A DNA stretch of 64,000 nt from Ruditapes philippinarum (GCF_026571515.1 NW_026861603.1:1-64000), one strand, 5' to 3'; shown: positions 40,824-53,500, counted from the first letter of the stretch. Notes: generated by a model not told the origin, from the sequence alone. Numbers and translations: made by a program.

Positions 40824-42313
40824 ACTGAATTAAAGTAAATACCTCATCAAATGTTTCAAACCAAACTAAAAGCTATCAAATAACGTGAGAAAATGTTTAT
40901 ATTGAAAGTACGTCACAAATTATCTCCCTAAACCCTCCCTACACACTGATTTCCCTGCTTATATAACATACTCCGATAAAAGGCCTCTTCCCAATTGAAA
41001 TTTTCTTTGAAATTATAAATTATGCAGTTTTCCAAAGAAACTGAACTTAAACCTGCTTTTTACTTCCCAAAGCAGCAATTTTAACGAAAACTTTTCCCAA
41101 AATCAAGTGGCTAAGGCCTCTTTCCAATTAAATGAGAAAAATCACTGTTACATTTCCGTAACTACCAATGACGTGACGTCAAGATTTACACATCTTGCTA
41201 AAATCATTTTTATTATAGAAAATGCTATATATAAACAACGATGAACCGTATAGAAGAAACTTGTTTATTTATTAATATTAACTAATATATTTACTTAAAC
41301 TTCTTTTTTTGAAGACAAAAAACGTTTTTACATAACGATTTGGTATTGATAAAAAGTAATTAACAAAAAATATTGTTTTAATAAGGTGTCATTTCAGGAC
41401 TTGGTCTTGATTAAGTGTCAAAACTAATAGAAACTTGTGGACTGAAGAACAAGTAAATCAAATCATGAGTACACAATGCCGAGTTAATAACTGATTGTAA
41501 GGCCACTGGGAAATAGATAAAGTTTATGAAAGACGTACACCATTTAAATATAGGAAAACACCATTTATTGTCGCTATGTAGCTTCCATTTAGTATAACAA
41601 AAAGCTTGCTAATTGCAATTGTTCATGTAAAAGTTGAACAACAGACATACAAGACAAATATGATAACACTAAGACGAAGTATGACTGAACTTGCCTATGA
41701 AAGTGTCGTTAATGCTAGAATCAAAGAAACTATCTTTAAAATTTCCTATCAAATTGTTTATGGTTTGAGTTTGGTATCTTATAGTAAAGGTGTTAGATTT
41801 CTTTGTTTCATCTTTCCATATCTATTGATATTGATCATATGGAAAATCTGCTTCCAGAATGTAATTGTTTGGTCGACTGTGTGTTGATATATATTTAACG
41901 TTCATATGTCCTTCAAGATTAGCGCAAAACAAGAATCAAACGATTAAAGGAAAACGCATTTTATTTTTTAATGATTTTTTACACATTGGAAACTTCATTC
42001 AAACATTAGTGATATCTTTTCTGATTAAAAGAAGAATAACGAATTGAACATTCATCAAGTCATATGGGTTAAATGTCATTTGAGTTCATTGATGTTCATT
42101 GGAGACTCATCCAATAAATATTTAGTGAAGATACTTTTATGGTATTCTGCAATTAATATGTATAAAATCAGAACGCAAAAGTAGTATCCTTAATTCATGC
42201 TATATAGCCTCAGAATGTTAATTATTATTGATTTGTCTTCCATTGTGAACATTGACAATATAAATATTGAATTAAAAGAACACACAGAAAAGATTATTAA
42301 AATCTTGAAAAAA

Positions 42314-42465
42314 GTATCGCATCGGAGGCTCTGAAAATAACAAAAATACATGAAATTAGAGACAGAGTTTGATTGAGTTTGTTCATTAGAGAGAATGGAA
42401 AAACGCAACATCCCTATGCCCTCTAGCACCGACTTAAACGGTATGCAAACTTCAACACTTAATGT
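42314..42465 (-). pseudogene. U1-like family copy intermediate between subfamilies A and B
   Basis: Has the A-type GCCCTCTAGCACCGACTTAA and the B-type GCAACATCCCT and ACATGAAATT (plus-strand reading). Confidence 0.5.
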
Positions 42466-44118
42466 TGTATTATATAACTTTCCTACATTGTAGTTAGAAA
42501 AAGAGTGTTTTATTGATTGCATATAATACAGCATATAAAAAATAAAACACGTCTCTAGAAATGTATATTGGCTGTCAAATGATTGAAATATTTTACTACT
42601 AAATTTTATCTTTCAAATGACTGAAAACATTTATCATGATAAGGATATAGTATGGACTCAAATTATTAAAAAACACGTCAACATTTCAAAATTTATGTCC
42701 TTTGGTGAATAGTTGTCGTAAATAGCCCCAAGAGTTGCAGAACTTAATAAAGGTGATATAGATAAGACATATTTTATGACTTTTTTATTTTTCTATAGTA
42801 AAAACAAATTTATACCATTATGTATGCCGTAACATACCATTTCTTTCACATTTCTTAAATGTTAAAATTGTAGTCTTAAATCGAAGTATAGTTAACGGGG
42901 TAGAAATGACTTATGACGAGGCAGAAAATTCTGAATGCCCCAGTGATATAGATAAGAAGATATGTTTATTTATTTACCAATTTCGGAAAATAACAGGCCA
43001 GGACCATTAGCAGCACACCTGAAAAGAATTCACGTTACAAACAATCTCGAATTCTAGCCAAGTAGTTTTGCCTAAAGAATTTAATTGTAAGTAAAATCTC
43101 TTAAAATTTGTATAATTGGACATTTGACTCGGTTGCTATACGTTAATTTTGACAGTGTTCATACGGGTAGCCATTTCCATATCAGCTATTTATTTTGCGT
43201 AATGATTTTCAGGATTGATGATAGGCATGCTTTTTAAATAAAAGAGGCAAATCTACTTAAAACCCTTTTGATAATTGGAAACAACACGATTTTATTGCTT
43301 TATAAATTGCACAAAATATAAATTCCACTAAGATGCATAAACTTTATAGCATTTTGTGGATTTTTATAAATTTAATAGAAGAATATCGCAGACACTTAAT
43401 GAAAAAAGAATATATCATCATCTGATATTGATTTAGTCGTATATAAGTAGAAAAGAAGACTTACTAGTAACCAAAGAATGCAATGAAATTAAACAACAGG
43501 TAAAAGTACATTCTCTAGGATAATTCATTCATATGGAACACTGTAGCAGATGACGTTAAAATGGTGCAACTTTTGCTTAATCTCTAAATAAAATACCTAG
43601 TCTGCTATTTGCAACTATTTATTTTTTATTTTCATTGCCCTCGATAGATAATCCTTTAAAGCTAATTTGTATTAATTAACGTTTCTTTTTATATACGACA
43701 TAATTCATTGGTAATATTTCTTATTTTAATCAATCAGATTGTTCATTTCACGCACATATTAACACTAATTAATTAATAATAATTTTACCTTTTTCCAGTT
43801 GTTATGAATTTTCGTCTCTTAAGTAAATTATTGTAGTTTTATCTCTGAAATTGAAGCGTAATGATGGATTGTAAGAGATAATTGACAAAATATAAAATAT
43901 GTGATTTACTATTTTATTTTGAGTAATTGTTTTAATTGTTGCTACATCTATCAGATATTTTCATTAATCTTGAAAACTATGTAATCTACATGAAATACAT
44001 ATGCCGTGATGATGTCAAGGGCGGGAAAGTACATTGTGATGTCAGACTCGTCATTGTAAAGTTTTGCCACTAACAATTTGTCTCATACGGCAATATATAG
44101 TTGTCGTCATTTTTACAC

Positions 44119-45458
44119 AAACCAGAAATGTGTCAATAGGACACTCCACTGTTTTGTCAATCTTATGACTCTAGGTCAAATATTTTTTGGGCTACATGTG
44201 CCACAAATTGAAAACTAAAAATAAAAATTTTACTAAGTAAAGGGCAAGAACTTTACAAATACTGAATAAATTCACAAACGAACCCAAGCTGCATAAGTAC
44301 ACATGTTGAACAGCATTCTTATGAACGTTCAGGCCAACAGGTCAAATACTTTTTGAGCAATGCATGAACAAGTTGAAAATTGCAAATTTATACTAAGTCA
44401 AGGGCAATAACTCTAACAAAACTAAAAAATCCACATGCAAAATCCCAGATGCATAGCTTCACAGTGATGTGATCATTATACCTGGTTGATTCTAACTCAA
44501 TCACTCAAGGAACAAATAACACAACATAATGAAACAGTTTTATAAGTCAAGGGAAATAACTGGATAAATCCACAAACGAAACCTAAGGTGCACAACTACA
44601 TTTGCTGACCAACATTCCTGTTAAGTTTCATGACGCTAGGTTAAATTCATTTGGAGCTACTTACGGCAAAAATTGAAAATTGCAAATTTTCACTATGTCA
44701 AGGGTAATAACTCTGACAATACATATAGATTCACAAGTGAAACAACAGGTGCACATTTTCACATGCTAATCAACATTCCTGTAATGTTTCATGACCATAT
44801 GTCAAATACTTTTTGAGCTACGTGTGACACAAGTTGAAAATTGCATTTAATTACTAAGTCAAGGGCAATAACTCTACAAATACTAAATAAATCCACACGA
44901 AAATACCCAGGTGCACAACTACACATGCTGATCAACATTCCTGTAAAACATGACCATGTCAAATACTTTTTGAGCTATGTGCGACACAAGTTGAAAATTA
45001 CAAATTTTTACTAAGTCAAGGGAAATAACCCTGACAAAACAGAATAAATCCACAAGCGAAACCCCAGGTGCACAACTTCACATGCTGATCAACATTTCTG
45101 TAAAGTTTCATGACACTAGGTCAAAAAAATCTAACAAAACAGAATAAAATCCACAAACGAAACCCCTTGTGCACAACTTCTATGCTAAGCAACATTTCTG
45201 TAGGGTTTCATGACACTAGGCCAAACACTTTTTGGGTTACGTGCGACACAAGTTGAAAATGCAAATTATTACTAAGTCGAGGACAATCACTCTACAAATA
45301 CTAAATAAATCCACACGACAATACCCAGGTGCACAGCTACAAATGCTGATCAACATTCCAGTAAAACGTGACTATGTCAAATACTTTTTGGGCTATGTGC
45401 GACACAAAATGAGAACGGACGGACGGAAGCACGTCCGGACGGACAATGGTAAATCTAA
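44119..45458. mobile_element. HINE with internal ~157-bp tandem array
   Basis: About 8 units of ACTAAGTCAAGGGCAATAACTCT...AGGTGCACAACT...; terminal (ACGG)n microsatellite. Confidence 0.8.
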
Positions 45459-45475
45459 ACTAGAGAAAAAACACC

Positions 45476-45595
45476 AGACCCTTAAAAAAGCTTAAAATTA
45501 CTTCAGGTTCGGTTTGATTGAGCGTTTTTATGGATGGTTGAAGCTACCGTCCATCCTCTTCTTTCACTATTTTAAGTAGTATTTTGAACATTGCA
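45476..45595 (-). pseudogene. U1-like family, subfamily A, degenerate
   Basis: CAGGTTCGGTTTGATTGAGCG...ATGGATGGTTGAAGCTACCGTCCAT; upstream motif at 45607-45630. Confidence 0.55.
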
Positions 45596-46079
45596 ATTTA
45601 AAAATATCATACGGCGTTGATCATGGAACCTTGAATGTGTGTGCCCTAAACGTCTTTATATATTATTCATTTTGGAAATATAGAAGTACACGTTTCCCAA
45701 CTAACAATGAAATAAAGTCAATGCTACTGAAATAGTAAAATAGAACAAAATGGATAGAATGTTCTTGTCGAGACAGAATAACGTTTTACTTGGCACTAGC
45801 CGACGTTAAGTACATGTATACAAGATCTGGAAAAGAAAATTTCTTCGAGACAAATGAAAAGAAAGGTATTATATAATTTTGCAGACTCTATTTAATCAGA
45901 CAAGGAATTTGTCCGAGACGGACATCATAGAGAGCGACGGAAACAGCAACAAATATAATTTGTAGACTTAGATTTTTAAAGTTCACAACAGTAGGTGTCA
46001 ACAGCTGTGTGGCAGCTGTAAAGTCGCCCCGTATTTCACTTCAGTGTAGTTATATATTTCTGGTGCTTCTGGATCATTG

Positions 46080-46229
46080 ATTCCAACACTTTTACGTGTT
46101 GAACATTGAGTACCGCTCAAGCCGTTAGGGATGTTGCACTTTTTCATATCCCTCATGTACAGACTCAATCAAATCGAGTCTGCAATTTTTATGTTATTTT
46201 GTTGTGATTAATGCTTCCGAGGAATCACA
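46080..46229 (+). ncRNA. U1-like structured snRNA candidate, subfamily B, near full length
   Basis: TTGAG-TACCG-CTCAA; AGGGATG-TTGCACTTTTT-CATATCCCT; CAGACTC-AATCAAATC-GAGTCTG; U-rich AATTTTTA and TATTTTG; 3' stem TGTGATT...AATCACA enclosing GCTTCCG. Confidence 0.55.
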
Positions 46230-46762
46230 CTTTATCCAGATTTTTAACATCATAGACAATTTCAAACGGCAATTCATAAAAGATCAACAGCTTACACTTG
46301 CAAGGTGTTATAATACAAGTTCATTGTTCCACAAATTAAAATACGTCTTAAGAACAATGGCATATGCAAAAAATGTAACGTTTTATAGGGTTTTATTTCT
46401 AAGGTTAAATTTGATCATGTTGAAACGTAAAAAGTTTGTTGGCATTTATATCTTTATAGATAACATGAAGAAAAGTTCAGCAACAAACTAAAGAAAGCCA
46501 TTAACAAAAATTTAGAAGTACACATAAATTAATTTAGATCAAACTTAAGAAAAAATATAGATAGAAATTTATAAAAACGTTAAAAGACTCGCGCCTAGAA
46601 CGCACCCCTTCTTTTAAATGTCTTAAATACTCTAATTACTACAATGTTCCACGGTCTTAAGATGAAAAGGTTTAGTTGGACATAGCAAATTATATTGTTT
46701 CATGGAGACACATCGATGACACACTTATGCAAAGATGGGTTATTTAAGATAACAAACTTCCT

Positions 46763-46820
46763 ATCAAACCGAGCCTGCAACATTTTCAATTTTGTCGTGT
46801 TGGGCTTTCTTTAGGGATTC
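46763..46820 (+). pseudogene. U1-like family, subfamily A, 3' fragment
   Basis: ATCAAACCGAGCCTGCAACATTTTCAATTTTGTCGTGTTGGGCTTTCTTTAGGGATTC is nearly identical to the reverse complement of 5244-5301. Confidence 0.6.
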
Positions 46821-46945
46821 TTGTTTTCTCTATTCCATACTTAACTTCTGTTGTACTTCGACATCATATTTAGTTGTTTTTAAAAAATACTTCTTGTCGA
46901 ATTTTTCTTGTGATTTAAGTTGTACCAAATTATGAAAGAATACAT

Positions 46946-47158
46946 TTAAAGCAGCATGCCCCTAGATTCATGCTAATTTTCATGAAATTTATGAAAATGT
47001 AAAAAGGTAAACATTTAAAAGTAAAATTTGTGAAATGAACAAAGAAAATAATTAACTAGTTCCAAACGACGCTTACAATCCACTTAAAATCTTAGTGCAT
47101 TCTTCTCAAGTTTAATTTTCTTGAACATTTAGGCTTACCTGGAGACATGCAGCTTTAA
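46946..47158. mobile_element. TTAA-flanked MITE, same family as 18468-18825, inverted and shorter
   Basis: TTAAAGCAGCATGCCCCTAG / CTGGAGACATGCAGCTTTAA. Confidence 0.75.
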
Positions 47159-50100
47159 AAGTATTGCAAAAACGATTGTGAAGTTATAACGCTATTCTTT
47201 TTCATCGTTTTTATGCTAAACAGGAGTAAAACAAATAAAAAACGTTTAACTTTTACAGATAAATAGAAAAAGTTTTTTGATAGAGTCTTTTTTTTAAAAT
47301 TTGTTTTATCTTTGAACATGATATTGTTCATTTAACGAATTCGTTTAGTGATATGTGTTTGTTTTACACTCCTTCTGCCTCTAGCATAGAATAGATTCAG
47401 GATACAATCAACGAATACATGTTTATTGTAGAAATCACTTACAAGTATTTGATATGCGTTTTTACAAAGTTACTAGATGTATCTCCTGGGACATCATAAA
47501 AGGCCAAAAACCACTATGTTTTTCTTTGAACTAGATGATTACGAACATAATCTGAAACCAATACTTGATGTTCAATTACATTTAGTGTTACAGTTACATA
47601 TCTAAAGCAACGTTAAAGATAGATCGTATATGTTGAACTAAATTTTCAGTAGTTATGCTATATATATCTTCTGTTACATGATTTTAAAGCCAAATTATCT
47701 GCATATAGTCATCTGCTATGAACATAGTATTTCAATCTTCAAAACATGTGGTATGTTAAAGGTATTGACGGAATTTTGGCTGGAAAACATTGCTTAAGAT
47801 AAAATGATGGTAGAAGCCTAAATTAATTTAAATATGAAGAGGCATATACGATAATATTGTGGTGATAATACTAATGAAACCCTTTCTTTTTAAGTCAGGA
47901 AACGTTAAGTTTTACATAAACATTTGGATGTCAATATTTATTTAATATAAGAAATAATTGAAAAATGAAGCGTGTGATAAATAAGATTTTCTGAGGTCTT
48001 GATCTTTATTAAGTTTCAATCCTAATTGTTTTTTTGGACCGAAGAGCACGTAAATTAAATAAAAGGAACACAACGACTCGGGGAAAAATATATTAAATAG
48101 AAGTACAATTTATAAATATAGAAAATACGCGCATGAGTTGTTGCCATTGTGCATTGTAAATGTAGAAATCTCTCCTTTGATGATTGATTTGTTTTAGTTC
48201 ATTGAAATAAAATGTGAATCACATGAACTAGAATACTTCTAAAATGCAAGACTTCTTCAGGAACTTTTTTGTTCCTCTACTTTACGAAAGAGTAAGCGCT
48301 AGAATCAAGCAAAAATATTTTACATAATGCATCGATGATGTTTACGTGTCGCTTGGTGTCTTTTAATTAATGTATTAGTTTTATTGTGCCAACTTATGCA
48401 AATAAATTGATTATATATCTACTAAATAATGAAAGTACTTACATGTATATTGTCAATTTTAACATAGATTGGTGACCAAAAGCCAAAGAGCTGCTGTTTA
48501 CTTGCTCGTACATATTCGGTTTCATAAATATGTTACATGTTTAACTTATGTCAATATTCATTTTTTTACTTAATCTTCAGCACAGTTTCATGAAGATAAG
48601 TTCATAATAAAAAATCACGCACTAAAATGGTAACACATTTTATGTATTTTTCGTCAATTACCTATGTAAAGGCGTAAACCGACACTTCTTTCAATTCAAT
48701 TTTAGATATGTTCCTCTTTTTTTAGGTTAATTGGAATAAAATTAAATGTAATTGGACTTTCATCATTAAACCAGGTCTTGTCAATGCAATGATTATAAAA
48801 TATTCTTCATTTCTCAGGGATTTAGTGTGATTTGAGTACATTGATGCTCATAGGAGACTCATCCAATAACAGCGAAATAACAAGAAAATTCTTTTATGGT
48901 ATCATACGAACGAATGCTGCAATTACTGCGTATTGAACTTATTCCAAATGTAGCATCCGTTATTCACACAAAAAGAGCCTTAAAATGTAAATAATTTTGC
49001 CTTGATGTTTTTTATTGTGAACGTTTGGAACTCAAAAGACAAACATGAGAAGAAGTGTAAATTATCAACTTTCCTATATTGCAGTTAGGAATGAAAAGTG
49101 TTAGAATGACTTTACGAAATACACTTTAAAAACCCACTGAAATGTATAGTGCCTGTCAAAGGGTTTAAATATTTTACTACTTAATTCGATCTTTCAAATG
49201 ACTAAAAAAATTTTAACATCATAAGAATGAAGTATGGGCTTAAATTATTAAAAACACGTTAACACCCTTTTCAAAATTAATTTCCTTAGAAATAACAGAG
49301 AATAAAAATTTGATACAAATGTCACAAACAAACCATTAATATTCAAGTAGTCTTTCTTTCTCATTTTTTGAAAAAACAAATTCATAACATAATGTTTACC
49401 ATGCAATACAATTTTTCACACATTTCTTTAATATTTCAAATGAAGTAAGTATTAAAAGACAGCACGGCGAATTTGGTAGAAATGACATATATAGAGGCCG
49501 ATGACTCAAAATGCTTCAGTGAACAGATTAGAAAATATGTTCAATTCAACACATCTTCTCAACTGCAGCAAAAAATAGAAAAAATATCATGTTAAAATCT
49601 AGTCTTATCTTTGCCTGACATTTTACATGGCCACATTGCGAAAGGTCGTTTAGTGAATTTAATTGGACATACTTCATGTATGTTAATTGGACTTTTTTCA
49701 GATAAACTGTCAATTTACTCAAATGAAAATCTAAAATATCTGCCAGAACCACTAATTAGATATATTTTGCCGATTTTTCTTTCATGAAGCGTTCTTTTAA
49801 TCTATTTAATAAACATTAATCATCAAAATTTAGGAAACCATAAAAAAAATAAAACACAATTTGCAACTTTTTATCGTAAAAGTACTGATATGTAAGATTT
49901 CATAATAAAATGAAATGAAAACAAAAAATCAGTAGGTGAAAGTAGGATTTTCCGGATAAGTTATTCCCATATCGTTAGTTATAAGGATTGAATATTGCTT
50001 AAGTTGGTTGAACAGGACAGAAGAGATGTTGCTCTTTGCATTATCTATAATAGAACCGAGTCCGCTATTTTAAACTAAATGGATCGTCCCTTCAATTAAT

Positions 50101-52684
50101 AACTTAGATTATTCATGTTATTATACATACACTGAATTAATTGGCTATATTTCTTATTTTAATCGACAAATCTTTTATTCATTTTGATATGAAAATTTTT
50201 TCTATTGCCTTATTTTGGTATTTAATGGATACGCATCACATTTATGGAAACAGTTTTATCTCTGTATCTGAAAAATATTGATGGATTCTTAGAAATAACT
50301 GACAATGTATGTGATTTAATATATAATTGGAATCGAAGTTTTATTTGTTGCTACATATATCATTTCTTTTAAATCCCGTTCATTTTCTTATGATATACAC
50401 ATGCCGTTATGGTTGGCAATATACGTTAGAAATATTTATCGTTTTGTCAGGTTCGTCTTGAAAAAAGTGCAAAATATAATATGTAAAAATGACAGAAAGA
50501 AGTTATTTTAATTTATAATAGTAATGTGTACATCAAATATTATAGAACCACAATTTGTACAGTCTGTATGAAATAAACGCTGACATTAATCCCACAATAT
50601 TATCTGTGTGTTTTAGGACAGACAGACGGACAGACGGAAATGACAACGTTTATGTTTCTTTTTTTCTTTATTTTTTATCTTTATGTGGCATTTTTCTAAA
50701 TGATTCAGTGAAAGGTTTAGTCGACCGTTTATGTGGTTTCCTTTTATTTTAGGGAATAACTCATAAATCATTTGATGTTAACCTCTTGTATGTAGAAAAC
50801 GTCCGAACAAACATCACTAAATCTATATTCTTCTGCCTTCTACGGAAGATATTAATTAATTACCGCTAGCGAGATTAGATTGTTTTTAACCATGAGAGAT
50901 ATTGAAAGTACCCCCCCACACACACACACTCAGGCGTTGAATTTTGCAGTATTCAATCCTGTACAAGAATTAATGTCAATGGTCAATGATCCAAAGAACT
51001 AATAAAATATTACTACACTAAGAGAAGCATGTTGCAAAATATATCCTTTGGCCAAAACCCTTCTTGTATTCGAACACCATCATTCAGCTTATTTGTCTAA
51101 GCATTATGGTAAAATTAACCAAAAATAGTCTCCAGTTTTTGTTTTGTTTTCATATACATATACATGATTTAACAAAGCACAATTTTTATATCTTTTAATC
51201 ACCGTTAAATGTATTACGTCACCGATCTTAAACCATAGTCGCGACATCGACAAGTAATGTTTGTCTTTGGAAATATCAAAAACACAACGTACATAATACG
51301 CTCTCTACAGATTGAATGTAGTAAACGATCAATTGGATATAAATGTGCCAGATTTTATCTGTCATTTTTAATATATATACATCTTATATATACATATAAA
51401 TATAAGAACAATTGTATACGAGAGGCGTCCAAAATTGGGGGCATACCTCAGCTTGTGCACGGGTTCCACACAAAGTTACTTGTATCGTTTAAGTATGGAG
51501 AAAGTAACATTATGCCTATCCTAGAGTAAATAGCTAGAATTCTGGTTACATAACAAATCTTTACATTTTGTCAAATTTATTTTTTTACAATTTGATAATT
51601 AAATTTCGCATGCTTAGCACTGTCACATTAAGACAACGTTCATGATTGGACGTTTTAAGAGTTATGTTTTCTCAGTAAATAATTTTTGATATACCATTCT
51701 TTTGATCATTTAACAATCATCTGAGCATTTGTCTCACAGCAACAAGTGTGATATGTTTTCTGATTTTTATTAAACTTCATTAAAAGTAACATATGCTAAA
51801 AATCACTAACTAAAATCACAAAACTAATATGAAAATTAACACTAATTTACATATTGTCTGAAGTATACTTGCACATGCTATTGAGATATGATTATGACCT
51901 TATTTAAAAAAACAACTTATTACAAAAACATGTGGCCCGACTTTGATGCTTTGCATCAAACTTAGTATTGTTTGGTATTGAATAATAAATGAAATAACAA
52001 ATTTTAACTAGATGCAGAAACTAACTTGCAAAAGATAAATAAGACATGACTTTGAAATTGGAATACGCCTATAGAGCAATGACCTCAAAGCAAAAGAAAA
52101 ACAAAGACATATCTCTTGAGGTTGATCTCCTATATTGCTTAGGGATTACCATTATAAACAAATCAACTTATGTTCTGGGAAAGACAGTTTAAGGTTTTAT
52201 TTAACATTAACCGTTGTAAGTATTTAAAATCTGGAAAGGAAAATTCCTATGAGACAAAAGTACAGACATTTGCAGACTCTATATACTTAGTTCATGTAAG
52301 ACAAGGAATTCGTCTTAGACGAACATCACTAAGGGCGACTTTAGCATCTCCAAATATAAAGCTGTGAAAGTTTGTAATTTAGTTGTTGTTGTTGACACCA
52401 TAGCTTACATTGACAGTTTACTCATGTGTGTGAAAGAAATTTAAAGACAGCCTACATTTGATAGATCTCACAAAATGTAGTATTTCATTGTATTACTTTG
52501 TTATAATTTTCCTGTAGAACACAACGAATGGAACATTGTAAACTTTTGCTCATTTAATATTCCTGTGCCCATTCTGACAATAAAACGAATACAGGCTTAA
52601 GGAGATTTAATAAGAACAGAAAGCAGCAGGCAATATATAAATCTTTGTTACAAAATTATTTGCAATATCAAATAGCGTGACATA

Positions 52685-52806
52685 GAATCACTAAAAAAGC
52701 CCAAAACGACAAAATCGAAGATGTTGCAAGCTCGGTTTGATTGAGCCTGTTTATGGACGTTACTGAAAGTGCAAATAACCTAGCAACCCGATAAACTTCA
52801 CATTAA
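52685..52806 (-). pseudogene. U1-like family, subfamily A, with deletion in the 5' half
   Basis: Minus strand GTTATTTGCACTTTCAGTAACGTCCAT; AGGCTC-AATCAAACC-GAGCTT; GATTTTGTCG. Confidence 0.55.
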
Positions 52807-53500
52807 ATTTTCCGCGTAAAGAAACCATTCTATGGTATTAAATATTTGCTCAGCAGCTTTCAAGGCTGATAACAAACATTCTGACGAATTATACATTCTG
52901 ACGTGAGTGAAACAAAATAAAAAAATATATTTCTATATTACATGTTGAATTTGATCATTTTCAAACGTTTAAGGCTGAAAATGTTTGAACATGTATTATC
53001 ATGCATAACTTCGATATTGTTATAAGCATGACGTAATCTGAAAGAAAGGCCTGCAATAAAATGTTATGTAAGGATCATGCAAGAATTAAGGTAACTACTT
53101 TTACATATACGTAAATGCCGAAAAAAGTTTAATAGACAAAAATATTTTCTGATCATGAAATTGTTACTTTATGTTTATATGCATTTCAAAAACAAATACG
53201 ATAATAGTACGAATATCATTCTGGTATAAATAATTGTATCAGTAATAGAAAAATGTACTCGTATTAAAAACTTTGACCTTTTTTTTGATATTCTATTAAA
53301 TTCAAAAACAGTAATCACTGTTCTATTTTAGAGGTCCTTGGACGTTTGAAGTAAAATAACAATTATCATATTTATTTGATAAAGAAAAAAAATATAAATA
53401 AATGAAAAAAATAAATAAAACAACAAAAATCTTAAAATAAACTTCGCACCAGACTACTTATTTGCATGTATAAAATTAAGAAATATACAACAATAATTAT

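Larger units (their letters stand above)
39930..50460 (+). repeat. Old tandem segmental duplication (A about 39930-44060; B about 47370-50460)
   Basis: Collinear shared blocks: CATGTTTATTGTAGAAATCACTTA, GGGACATCATAAA, GGAGACTCATCCAATAA, ATCTTTCAAATGACT, GGTAGAAATGAC, TTGTTGCTACAT. Confidence 0.85.

Noticed and set aside
47134-47142. CTTACCTGG, identical to part of the U1 5' end
   Set aside because: It overlaps the TIR of a TTAA MITE and no U1 body follows.
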